Source of the DNA: Vitrella brassicaformis CCMP3155
Lineage: Eukaryota; Protista; Chromerida
Length of the DNA stretch: 64,000 nucleotides
Direction of reading: 5' to 3'
NCBI GenBank assembly: GCA_001179505.1
Contig: CDMY01000887.1
Coordinates: 124,001 to 188,000, forward strand
The position numbers and the translations under genes were made by a program. Under the pieces are notes generated by a model that was not told where the DNA came from, ran no database searches, and saw only the letters and a list, made by a program, of their open reading frames with translations. Of this stretch, positions 1 through 12,032 are shown in pieces. The stretch's first letter is position 1. Each line of letters starts with the position of its first letter.

Positions 1-3000
1 ACGTGCTGGTCCTGGTGTGCTTCCGTCATCTCATGGATCGAGGGCCGCGCCGCAGAGGACACCGGTGGCTTCGGCTGCTCCGGCTGCTCCTCGTCCCCAG
101 GCGAGCACAGTGGGACAAGAAGACTGTCCTCCTTGGAAGGCTTCTGCTGGATCGTCTCTGTCGTCGACGTCTCAAATGTCTGTTGCTCGATGGCTTGGCC
201 GACGAGCAGGTCTCTGTCCGTGTTGGTCGGCTGCATGGACAGCAGCAGGGTGTGGTCTCGGTCGTACAGCGACACGGCGTGTTGATCCTGCTCGATGGTG
301 TGAATGTCATCCAGCTCAATGGCTTTGAGCGGCTGCAAAACCAAGCGAGCACAATGAATGGACGACAAGATGAACGGCTACTGATTTATTGAGTGCTGGA
401 TATGACTCACTCCATTTGTGTCAATCAAGTGACGCCACTGATTGAACACAACATTGGGGGACAAGCCATAGTACACGCCTGTCGTGCATTCAACCGCCTT
501 GTTCACCTTCCTGTCTGTGAAGTGGCTCGCAGGGTGCAGGAACACCTCATATTCCGACGTCCATGTGTAAAAGGGCTCCTGTGTCTGCTCTCTCAACACG
601 AAGACACTCACTGCCGCCGGCGGAGGCACCGATATTTCGCTCTGCTGCTGAAATGGGGTATCTTCTATCTCCTCTTTCCTCGTTTCTCGCCTCAAATGCC
701 GTCTTGGCTGCCGTTGGGCTTTTCTCTTCTTGTTGTCGGCCTTTTGTGTGTGCTCGATGTGGCTTTGCATGAGGAGAACATCAAGCTGCTCCAGGCGCTG
801 CTCCTCCCTCCTTTGCTTGTTGGACAGCCTCTGGTGTCTTCTGGTCCCCACAGCTGCCCGAGACAGGCGCTTGGCCGTCTTACTGTGCCTTTGCTGCTCA
901 ATCTCCTCCAGGACCGCCTGAGTGAAAGCGTCTGCTTTCTCATGTCCGCCTCTCCTTCGCGACTCTCGGATGGCCACCAGAGCATCTTTGATCGCCGATG
1001 GATGGTCTCCTGCGCTTGCCTCCTTCCTCTTTGCGGCTCTCGCTGGGCAGAGAGCGTTGTACAGAAGGAAGAGCGGCAGCAACGGCAGGAGGACGAGTCG
1101 CGATGTTATCAAGTAAACAGGGCCGATAGTGAAGCAACCCTGACAGACATGGCAATTACCTTGCTTGTGTTTTTCTGTCTCTTTATCGAGCGCACACGTA
1201 CACGTACTCACCAGAAATCTGATTCCGGGCATGAGAACACAGAGACTCCCGATTCCAAAGCCTTCTCTTCTCTCGAAAGTGTCTCGGAAAAAATATGGCA
1301 GGCGATCCTCAATCGGCATCCAATCTTTGCGATCCTACATAGGCATACAAGACGATGGATATATGTGGATCCTCACAGACGCGTCCAAATAAGTCACTCA
1401 CCCGCAGCGACAGCGCGATTACAGGAACGATGAGAAAGGCGCAGGAAAAGGCGACGAATAAGAGGCCGATGTCGCCTGTGCACACAAATGGCGGAGATGC
1501 ACACGCATATAAGCGTACGTTCTCTTTTCAGTCTACGTACCCGCCTTGAGCATAGCCAGCAGGGCTGCCGTGTCAAAGATAATTGGTGGACTACCCGGCT
1601 TGGGCTCATCAATGGGAAATATTGCAGCGGCGAAGGTCGAAAGGTGTGTACACGCACACTGCATAAAACAAAATGAGCTGCTCCCTATGTGTATCTGTGT
1701 GAGAGAAACGGACCTCAATCGATTCGTCAGTCACTGACACGTTGCAATGAGCGTCGATATACTGTTCGGCCCATTCATCCCACTGCATGCAGAAGGGAAC
1801 TCCTCCAAAAGGGGCAGTCGAGTTGTCAAAAGGGAACGTCAACAGCACCGAAGCGTTGCCCAAGTCGTGTAGCTTGGTTTTGTCTCGCCACAAGTCCACA
1901 GTGATGGCTGTGTCGAGGACCTTAGCGTCTGTGGGAGTGTGCTTTGCCGAATACGGGTTTGTTGGCAGCGTGACGATGAGTGCTTGTGTAGCATTTATCA
2001 AGCTTGCGGGGGGCAGAGAGACACGCTTCTGCAGACAGAAACGCAACATGAAGAGACATAACATTTATGCATCAATTCATCTTCCATCCATTCCATGTGT
2101 CACCCTTTTGATGCCTCCCGTGTTGTTCTGAGCGGCTTTTATCACCACGCATTCGATCGAGAAATTACCGTCCTCGTGCAGATAATCCAATAGGTAATCC
2201 CTGGCGAGTGTCGTGATGTTTTCATATACGGTGGTCTGTAGCGATAGGGAGGGCAGGCGTTCGTCAACACAAGTCGTCACATTTCTTCTCCCTTCTTACC
2301 ATGAGAGACAAGGCGTCAGTAGCATTGGTTACATTTCTACTAGTAGCATTTGCCACGGAGTTTATGATACGGGCCGATATTCTCAGTTGAAGCTTGGCGC
2401 TAGTTGGGTCTCTCGGCGGGATCACACCTGTCAGCTTGGACAGGAATGCCGCTAGCGCATCCTCTGTGAGACACTCACTTCGGCCTGCTACGTCGGCAAG
2501 CTCTTCCAGCTCTTGAGCGACCATAGCTTGACCTCCTTGGCTGTCTTGTGGAGAGCCGAGAAGGTCGTCTAGCCGAGATTGAAGGTCTTCAAGGTCTGGG
2601 GGACATTTCGGAGCCTCCGTCGCGACAGAATCGGGGAGGACCGACGATTCTATCGACCCCGTGTTGAGCAGCGACCCGGAGACGATTAGTGTAGTATTCG
2701 GGCAGAGAGGGTCGTTGTCGGTCTTCGCACAGTGTCCGAGCATTGATGGAAGCCCGTCACTGTCATGCTCAGTGCACGAGAGATAGCACGTGCTGTTCAG
2801 CGCATCAGTGACCATTGCCAGAATCAAATACTCCCCTTCAGCGAGATGAAGCCGCAGAGATGGCTCGTGACTCCTGTAGGATTTCATTTTGATCGGCTTT
2901 GTCCTCGCCGGGTTTGTAAGAAAGACGCTGTATGTCTCCTTGCCGATCTCCTTTGCAGCTGGGGCAATCTCCCAGCCATATTGTTCGATGTGGACTTGCC

Positions 3001-6000
3001 CGTCGCGCATAAAAGCCTGCACCTCTCCAGCCACCGGGAATAGCGTTGCTCGTATGTTAGTGGTCCAGTGTTTAGTCTGCACATGATAGACCCAGCCGGG
3101 CTGTAGCTGCCCCGCAGGGATGGTTCCATTAGGAAAAGAGATCTGCTCTGTGAAGACCTGCACTGCTTGTTGACGCTTGTAGGACACGAGAGGGGTCAGA
3201 GTGATGCGAGACTTCGTGTCAAGATAAACCGCTGAATGAGATGACACCGGCCTCTCGATGGAGCGGTCGATTTTGTGAAACACTGGTTGGACGCCGTCCA
3301 TAATCTTGATTGCGCCAGCAATGACACTCCCTTTGCTAAGGTCTTGAAATGCCTCAACAGCAATAACGTAGATACCGTCTTTTGGACCGCTGAGCGTGTA
3401 GGTGTCCCGCATGTCCATAAACGAGGCGACGTGTGTCGCAACGGCAGGGAGCGGCAAACTTGCTTTGATCAATGAGTGGTTGAAGCAGTCGTGTCGCGGT
3501 GCATCGGCAACCAGCGCGCGACGCAGAAGCTGAGGGGCTGAAAAATAAGGCATCGTACGTGTTTCCGAGGCCGCAAACATCTCCATGTCATAGTCGATTA
3601 AGGGCGTCTAGATGCAGTACCAATCTGTGTAGACCGGTCGGAGCCTGTCTTCCGCCTCAAAGTCCAGAACAATATCTAGAACTTTTTCTGCGGCTGCGAC
3701 ATGGACAGAGAGAGGGCCGGTGCATCGTACTTGTCGATCTTGACAAGGAATGACGACTGTCTGTTGCAAGTTGGTGACGAGACATTCGCAGTGACGTTGA
3801 ACACGCGCCCGATGTCTTGGTCTGTAATGTTTCTCAGCAGGGTAGATCCATTGCGGCCATCTGGCAGCCACATAACTGATCCGCCTTGTGGAGTGTCCAC
3901 ATTCAAGCGTATCTATACAAGATGCAGAGACATCAATGTATGCGATACGGAAACCCCTTGTACCTGCTCTGTTGGTTTGAACGTATGCATTCTGTGATCG
4001 ACTGCGGCAGCCGGCTCCTCGCAGCACGTGCCATTGAGCAAGGTGATTCGCACACTTTTGGTTACATGAACACCGACATAGCTCATAGCGGCCACGGATA
4101 AGAGCAGTGGCTTGGTGCTAATCCGATAGACTTCGGCCAGCAATGCGCCGCTGATCACGAGAGTTGTAGCTGACGCGTTCAACCCTGCAACATAAGATCG
4201 GCGAGTTGTTTTCGTCTATTGCCTTTTCTGAGCTGTCTCACTACCTGACGCGCTAGTCAGTATGTCGTTGAGCGATTCACACGCCTCTTTTGGCTCTTCG
4301 CACTCAAAATGAAAGTAGAGTTTCCGACCACCACCGCCGCTCACATACACGTCAACGTGCAAACTTTCCCTCCCGCCCAGTGAAAATGATTGTGGCGCGA
4401 TGACTCGGATGGATGGGAGGATGCTGTCCGCCGTTGGCCCCACAGAATGCTTGATTTCGTCAGTGCCATTGAGCCCGCTCTTGAGCCACCCCTTGGCAAT
4501 CATCGCTTGACGTCCCGCAATGACCAGGATACACCTTCTGTCCGCTGTTGCCCACGTGCAACGAGCGCCTTCACCAAAAACGCCCATGTTCGCAATAGCT
4601 GAGCAGGGATAGCTGACGTTGTCCGTGAGAGGCGCCTCGAAACAGACGTGAGACACGGCGGGGGAAAATGACGTCTCAGCCACCGTAAGGCGAGGCATAG
4701 GATAACGCGTGGTGTAGGTGTCGTTTCTGCAGTGGCCGGAGCAGCCGTCTTGAGACCACAAGTTCCCATCATCGCATTGCTCGTCTTCATCGATGACGCC
4801 GTTCCCGCATGTGGCATTCTGCGACAGTCAACGAGGGTATGAGAATGAAGTGAGACAATCGGACGTGTTCATCTCTCGATGTGCTTACGATGGTTGGATA
4901 CACCTGGATCAGAGAGGTCGTCGTCGGCTCGATGGCGAAGTCACTTGGATCTGTACATGTCCCGCTGCCCACCCCACGACACAAGCACGCCTTGAAGCTT
5001 CCTTGGTGTGGCAATGTGACATCCCCCCCCCCCCCNNNNNNNNNNNNNNNNNNNNNNNNNNNNNNNNNNNNNNNNNNNNNNNNNNNNNNNNNNNNNNNNN
5101 NNNNNNNNNNNNNNNNNNNNNNNNNNNNNNNNNNNNNNNNNNNNNNNNNNNNNNNNNNNNNNNNNNNNNNNNNNNNNNNNNNNNNNNNNNNNNNNNNNNN
5201 NNNNNNNNNNNNNNNNNNNNNNNNNNNNNNNNNNNNNNNNNNNNNNNNNNNNNNNNNNNNNNNNNNNNNNNNNNNNNNNNNNNNNNNNNNNNNNNNNNNN
5301 NNNNNNNNNNNNNNNNNNNNNNNNNNNNNNNNNNNCCAGCCGTTTGGGTGTAGATCCTTGGGGCACCGAGCAATTGACCGCCGGTAGAGAGGAGCCACAT
5401 ACCGTGCTTGCATCGCCGGCAATAAGGATCAATTTGTGCCTGTCTGCGTCCAAGAGGTTTCCCCTCACGAATAGCGTCATGCTTTCGCCTGCCGTGAGGG
5501 GCTCTGTCGAAGCAAGATACTCGACAGCGCTGACAATGCTACCATCTGACACAAATCCGACAAACGACAAATGAGACGACCACAGCCGAAACAGCCTTTC
5601 TGCTGGCTTACCAATGCTCGTTGTTGAGTTATGACGCTTGTCCTCGCCATCAGCCGCCAGCGATACAGCGCACTTGCATAGACAGAGCTCAGGGGGCGTC
5701 TTATCGATGGTCGTTGTACAGACAAGCGCATCATCACAGGCAAGCAAGAATCCCTCCGGTCGGGCAGACTGGCCGCACGTTGAAAGACGTAGTCGGTCCG
5801 TTCTTCTGTTGAAGTCCTGAGTGAGAGTGATGCCTTGCATTTCGCCGTTGCTGAGGGCGAAGTGGAGGGTGCTCGGTGTGAAATCAGGAGCGAGCACGGG
5901 GGTCAAGAAACAGAGACACACCAATGAAGATCCACACACAGCCCCGGTGTGCGACTCTCCTGGTGTGTCTACGCTTCCTGGTGTCTCTGCTGTAGGCGCG

Positions 6001-9000
6001 ATGGGTTCTGAACATAAAAGAGGAAAAGCATCAGCGGAGACAGCCGATGTGCTTTTCTTATTGCTCACCATCCACCGCCCGCAGCCCAGTGTAAGAATAG
6101 AATCTGTTTGCATTGCCGGCGAAATCGGAGATCGCTCCTTCATTCAGGCTGATACTTGCATTGGCGGGCCATCCATCGAACTGGACTGTCACGCCGAGAA
6201 AACTTGCATGAAAAGGAGGGATCATGGCGTCTGTGAGCCTCGCATTGGTGACCTGTTTTCGACAGACATGAGATATGATTTCCCTTCCCTCTGAGGCTGT
6301 GGCACCGTTGTGCATTAGTTTTCTTACCTCAATCCTCTCCTTGTCGAGTTCTGTAATCGGCTCAGAAAACCTAAATTCCATCGTGAAAATCTCCTTGTTT
6401 GTCTCAATCGTCTGATTCGTCTCCGGGGACACTACGTATGGGAGCTCGTTTGCTGCAGGGGGGCAATAGCAAAAGAAACCGCGTCATGTCGCTTATTTTT
6501 CCCTGATTACCTGTCGTGATAACGGTGTGTGTTGCAACCTCATTCATTGCCGTGCCTCCCTCGTCAATGGCCACACAGGAGATCTCATACGTGGTGCCTT
6601 GGACTAGCTCAGAGAATGAGAACTCACCACGTCTGCCCTTAATCCTGCGTTGCTGCGCTGATATGCTTGTTGTAGGGGGCTTGTTAACTAAATCGAAGTC
6701 GGCAGGCGTGAAGGTCGCCTCGGGATGGTCATTCTGGATGGGCTGACAGAATATATCCGCTGTCTCATCCGCATCCACCTCAATCTGGATTGTCGTCTCG
6801 CTGACGGTGATGGACGTTGTGTTGAATTCAAGAGAGGGAGGAGTGACATCTGCCAGACACAACGACAGAGCAAGTGCAAATCTCTCACTGGCTTCACTGT
6901 TTGCCACAAATAATACCATAAGCAAGCGCCAACTGAGCCGCTTGAACGTTCGTGTTTCCGGCGAGATCCACCACCTTTCCGGCATCCACTCTTATGTCAA
7001 TGTCCCCCTCAGCGGCTGCTCGCATGCGTAAGACATTGCCGTCCATCGACAGAATTTCGGCGTTTGTCAATGTGAAGATGCTCCCCGTGATGGTCTGCAC
7101 ATCCTCCGAGATACTCATGGTGACATTGAAGTCTGGATCTCGTGTTTTGGGGGCAGAGGGAGAAGTGAGGGTCACCACTGGGGGAGTTGGATCTGACAGT
7201 AAGCAGAGAAAGCATAGGAGATTTGTGTGGCTGAGTGCAGCCACGCTTTTGTTTGCATGTCTACCCACCGTTTTCGACGTTTATTGTGTTAGATCTCGTA
7301 TTCTTCAGCCCAGCTGCATCTTCCATCGACTCCTCGCTCGGATAAATGCTCAAAATTCCGCCTCCAGTCTTCGCACTTGGTACACTCAGAGCCACGTCAA
7401 AAAATATGTCGGTCAGCTCTTCGCCCGTGGAAACACTGATACTTTCGCCGTCGATGAAGAAATGCCAGTCAACAGTAGTCGGCGGCGTACTGAAGGAAAC
7501 ATTGACAGGAACGGAGCTCGTGTTGATGAGAGATGGGGCACTTAGTGTGGCGGTCGGGATCCACGGCAGAGACTGGCCCGATGCGATGTAATCTGCACAG
7601 AAAAGGAAAGTTGACGACAGACTTGTAGGAAATCGATGCTTTTGTCTTTACCGAAGGTGACGTTAAGAGGCTCTGACTCTTGATTTGGATTGCTTGCGCC
7701 GTCGACAGCCAGTCCCTCGTTTGCTTTGATTGTCACGATGTCTTTCGTTGGAATGACATCCAATGAGAATGAATTGCCCGTCCCCGTGATGCCGCCAGCC
7801 GCCATGTCGCCATTGGTGGTCCTCAGAGCCGAGACATCGCTTATGGTGACATCCTTACTGAATGAGAGGTTGACATGGAAGGGGTAGTCTTTGGTAGTCT
7901 CCTGGTTGTCTTGCAGATACAGCACTGCCGTAATCGTGGTCTGATTGGTGGGGGTCGCTGGAAAATGGTTCGAATGACACATGCCCTGTGTGTGTACGGG
8001 CGTTTGTTGTTGAGTCTTACTGTAGTTTAGGGCGATGGAAGCTGGTGAGTTGCTCCTGTATGAGGCGGCGTCATCGACCACCACACCGCTTCCGATCGTC
8101 ACATTCACTTTGCCCGCGACTGTGGGACGCAAGTCGACTGTTACTTGTGCTATGCAACAAACACACACACAGGGAGAGGTCGATGATCACACGCATACGC
8201 CTCTGCTGCACAGAGATCATCTCCGAATGGAACGCATCTTTTGCCTTACATGGCTGGACGACCACATTGGAGTACACAACTGCCGCCGTTGCCTGCTGTG
8301 CAGGATCCAGCGCCTGAAGAGACAGTGTGAGGCCTTCACTGATGTTGAAAGTAGTGACGTCGATGGGGACGTCAAAGGTGACAATCAGGTGGATGGGAAG
8401 CGACTCCCACGTCGATTGGGGGGAGGACAGGTTAACCGTGAAGGGCACCACCTCTGACACAGATGCACCAAATTGTGCACACAGGTGAACAGGTCTACGT
8501 GTACCGTAAGTGAAAGTGAAGTTGGTGTTGGGATTTGGGTTTCCAAATGCGTCCTGCGGATCAATCATGAGTAAGAAAATGCAAATTTGTAAGTGCACAG
8601 ATGGATGTGAGTGTCCACTGTACCTGCACAATGCCCTGCATGACGGTCAGCTGCAAAGAGGTCACGTTGCTGCTACTTGGCGGGTCGGGCATTATCTCCG
8701 CCTCATAAAGTGTGTCATCGCCAGCCACCGGCCTGCACACGTAAGCACAGGCCACACTCATGAGAGGATGCGTGCGTATACCTCATGTCAATGAGAGTGC
8801 CGTTGGTCACGAAAGACTGCTGGTCGGCCGTCGCAAAGCCAGCGGACACAGGCTCGCCGAAATCGATCGTCAGAATGATCGGCGCGTTGTGATAAACATG
8901 AAAGGGGTTCCTGATCGATGGGACGGGGAGGTCTGTTTTGTAATAGCACCAACGGGTGGTGTTTCCATCAGCCGAGTTGATGAGCGAATAGTAAAGGCGA

Positions 9001-9993
9001 CACTCGGGCTCTTCCCAACGTCTGGTGTGTTCGATAGCAGTACAACGCCTGTATACACACATCTCGCATCTATTGCATCACCGTGTGGTGTTGTCCATCA
9101 GCGAAGGTACCTGTCTTCAATGCACTCGATTGAGCATTTCATCCGCCTCTCCCACTCAACAGTAGCGTCAGTCCAGGAGCTTACGTCTCCAAGAGCGTAA
9201 GGCTGTTCCTGGCCATTGTGGCGACACGAGCCATCAAGCTTGTTAACTGCATATTCGCATCTGTGAGCGTCTTCAATCACGGATTTTCCAGTGACATACC
9301 GCCGGTCGCTGCAGTGCCGTTCTGTCTCCTCTGGATGCACATTGCGTTGGGCGAGGGGGTCGATGCGGGAGTAGCGATGCTGTGGTGAACCTCACATAGC
9401 CTCTCGCTATCTGTCTGCACACCCACTGGCTGCACACAGACACACACACACACACACATGTACGCTTCTGGATGACTGCCACAAGTGCGCCTCACCGAAA
9501 GCTGAAATCCTGAGCACACGACGCTCGACAGACAAAGGACAGCATATTCATGCCTTCTCGCCTCTATGTCATCCTCAGGGATGGTCGAATTCAGCGTGTA
9601 GCCATGAAGGAATGAACTGTTCTTGTACCTGCACAGAAGCCGGAGACCATGCATGTCTCTATCGATGGGCCTGTGAGCCTGTGAGTCTTACGAGAACACT
9701 CTCTCTGGTTGTTTGGTGACCCCATCCTGTTTTGTTGCGTTGTTGATGCACTCAGTGTCTGGGTTGTCCTCTGCAGACACATGCGGTCATACACAGTAGT
9801 CAGACATGGTAGAGAGGGCTTTCTTACTGAATTCATCCTCCCACTCCGAGCCTGTGGCGTTGCCTGCAGTGCAAACATGACCAAACGATGCAGCGTCACC
9901 ACATGCTACATACACCTTGCGTCTTCTGTGATACTGCTGACATGGCGTCCATAGCCCAAGCAAGAGAGTGAGAACCGCAAGAACGGACGGCAT
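1..9993 (-). CDS. Giant multi-exon surface/adhesion protein, polycystin-1-like ectodomain: signal peptide, Ig-like (Big_13-type) repeats, FN3-like domain, Myxococcus-type Cys-rich repeat, REJ-like region, GPS, TM, cytoplasmic tail; 3'-partial (runs off window start)
   Basis: ATG at 9993 gives MPSVLAVLTLLLGLWTP (signal-like). Ig-like exons include DPTPPVVTLTSPS...DAGKVVDLAGNTN (~7030-7200). CGNGVIDEDEQCDDGNLWSQDGCSGHCR lies at ~4725-4810, a long REJ-like exon at 2264-3586, spliced CMQWDE...HCNVSVTDESIE|CACTHLSTF at 1630-1800, and a TM exon GDIGLLFVAFSCAFLIVPVIALSLR at ~1405-1480. The last exon (from ~335) is open to position 1. Not every internal exon was traced, and a gap interrupts the gene at 5036-5335. 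Confidence 0.75.
1630..1810 (-). other. GPS (GAIN) autoproteolysis motif of gene 1
   Basis: C-x2-W...C...C-A-C-T-H-L-S-T-F, rebuilt across a phase-0 intron (donor GAG|GTCCGT, acceptor ATGCAG|TGT, exon starts 1658). Confidence 0.8.
5036..5335. other. Assembly gap (300 N) next to a poly-C tract
   Basis: N run preceded by a C13 tract; lies inside gene 1. Confidence 0.98.
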
Positions 9994-10957
9994 CTTTTGG
10001 GAGACCTCGACTGCGGTCAAGAGGAACAACTTGAAGCGTGGTGAGGCTGAGATGGCTCGTCGTGACCGCTTCCCATGTGCAGGTGGCACGGGGGGGGCCA
10101 AAAAAGTGGGATAAGCTCGCATTTCCCGATCGAACTCATGTCAGTGAGCCTTTTCCCCGCATAAAGGTCTCCGCCCTATTGTCTCCGCCTCGAGCACAAG
10201 CACACACTCACCGCATAGACCGCACAGAGAGTGGCTCAACCACGCAAGTACACACAGGTGTGAACTGCATGAAGGAATGCGTCCGTTCGAGTGAGAGGTC
10301 TCAGTAGTAACGTGCATCAGCCTGTGAGCACCTTTGCACCAGTTATGCCTACGCACACACCCTTACGCGTGCAAGGAAAAACGACACTAGTCAGCCCTCA
10401 GCCCACCCACACACCAGTTCTGATGGATCGGTCGATAAGACAGGCAAACCTGGTGCCACTATCGCACAAGACACTGACCTCTAGTCACTAGACACAGAAG
10501 AGAGGTAGAGAAAGACAGACAGACAGACAGACAGGGAGAGGAGAAAGAACCTGGTTTGTTTGTTTATGTACACGCGAAAGGGACAATACCTACACATGTA
10601 TACGTATACATATTGGTGGGTGGGTGGATCGGTATATGTATATAGCGCACCGAGCCAGCCATCGCCATTAAATAGCATCCAATCATAAAACGCACGAATG
10701 CAATGCAATGCAATGCAATGCATGCATTGGTTGCACGTTCACACCACACACTCGTGTCGGCCGCAAACTGCAATCCGCATGAATGGGAAAACTTGCAGAA
10801 GACCTGCGTACTGCCTATGCATAGCAGACACACTGCACCGTCATACGCATAAATGCACGCAGTCACGCAGCCACATGCACAAACACACACGCAGGCAGCC
10901 ATCAAAGCACAAATGGCCCCTTCTGCACCCACCACCCCTCCCTCCCCGCTCCCTCAT

Positions 10958-12001
10958 CTACGTCCCCATCGGCTGCCCCTGCTGCCCCTGTTGCTGCTGT
11001 TGCTGCTGTTGCTGCTGCAGAAGCATGTCCGCAAGGTATCGCTGCTGCACTGCCCGAATGTCAACGCCTGGTATCGATATCAGATGCAGGTTGGCAAGTG
11101 TAGGCAGTGCCGCCGCCGCCGACTGCTGCTGCTGCTGCTGCTCCCCCTCGGGCGGCTTCTCGTCCCACGCTGTCCTCCTCCTGACCGCCGGCAATGCCTC
11201 CCCCTCCCTCTCACTCTGACGCGACGGCCCCTCACCGTCATCAGCACCCATCGCCCTTGGTCGCTCCCGCTCCTCGCTGCGGGCCCTCTCCCTCCTGGCA
11301 CGTTTGTGGTCCCTTGAGTCCCGACCATTGCGGGAACTGCCGCGCTTTCGAGGAGGGCGGTCAGTGGACGGGGACCGGCTGCTGGACGGGTGCGATTCGA
11401 TGACCCTATCCTGAAACCCACTGCCGCCCCGCCGGATCTTGTCGCGATCCCGCCACCGGCGACGGTCGTCGGGGCGATCGCGCCAGTCTCGCTCCTTGGA
11501 CCGGTCGCGACACAGTGGCTGCTCTCCGTCCCTCTCACGGATGGGTGGCCGCTCTTGCTGTCTCTCCCTCTCCCTCTCCCTCTCGCGAACGGGCGGCCGG
11601 TCTCGCTCACAGGGAGGGGTGATCGCCGGTCTCACTCCCTCGGCGTCAGTGGTGGGCGACATGCTGGGCGATGGCTGTGGCTTGGTGCGGGAGAAGTGGA
11701 GGTGGGGGTCGAGGTCGGGAAGGTCCTTGTGGGGCGGGTGGGGGGTGTAGGTGATGTTCTCGGGGATGTTGAAGGCCTGGCGGACGGCCTCGGGTATGGT
11801 GATGTATGGGTGGTGGATGGGGGGGCCGTTGCCCTGCCGCAGCTCCTCGACGAAGGGCTCGTACAGCTTGAGCAGGGCGTCGGGGGCCTCCTCGAGGTGG
11901 CTCAACGCGTTCTGCAGATCCTGCACTCACAAGACGACAGAACAAAACACCGTACCGTGACAGTGTCCTGCCTGCATTTGGCTTGGCTGCATGCACCCGT
12001 G

Positions 12002-12032
<31 letters not shown>

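Noticed and set aside
393-1433. Long plus-strand ORF (346 aa), and similar antisense ORFs such as 11390-12112, 34847-35911 and 36140-37177
   Set aside because: These are shadows of real genes on the opposite strand in GC-rich coding DNA and carry no motifs of their own.
4787-6143. ORFs running through N gaps (also 30929-32043 and 39109-39913)
   Set aside because: Their length is an artefact of X codons; only the flanking parts were used as evidence.
10697-10726. (TGCAA)n run ending in TGCATGCA, a known apicomplexan ApiAP2 motif
   Set aside because: It is a single instance embedded in a simple repeat about 700 bp from the nearest start, so chance is likely.
10698-11219. Poly-Cys ORFs suggesting metallothionein-like proteins (also 13500-13600 and 18575-18772)
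   Set aside because: They are alternative-frame or antisense readings of (CAG/GCT)n tracts that encode polyQ, polyA or polyS.
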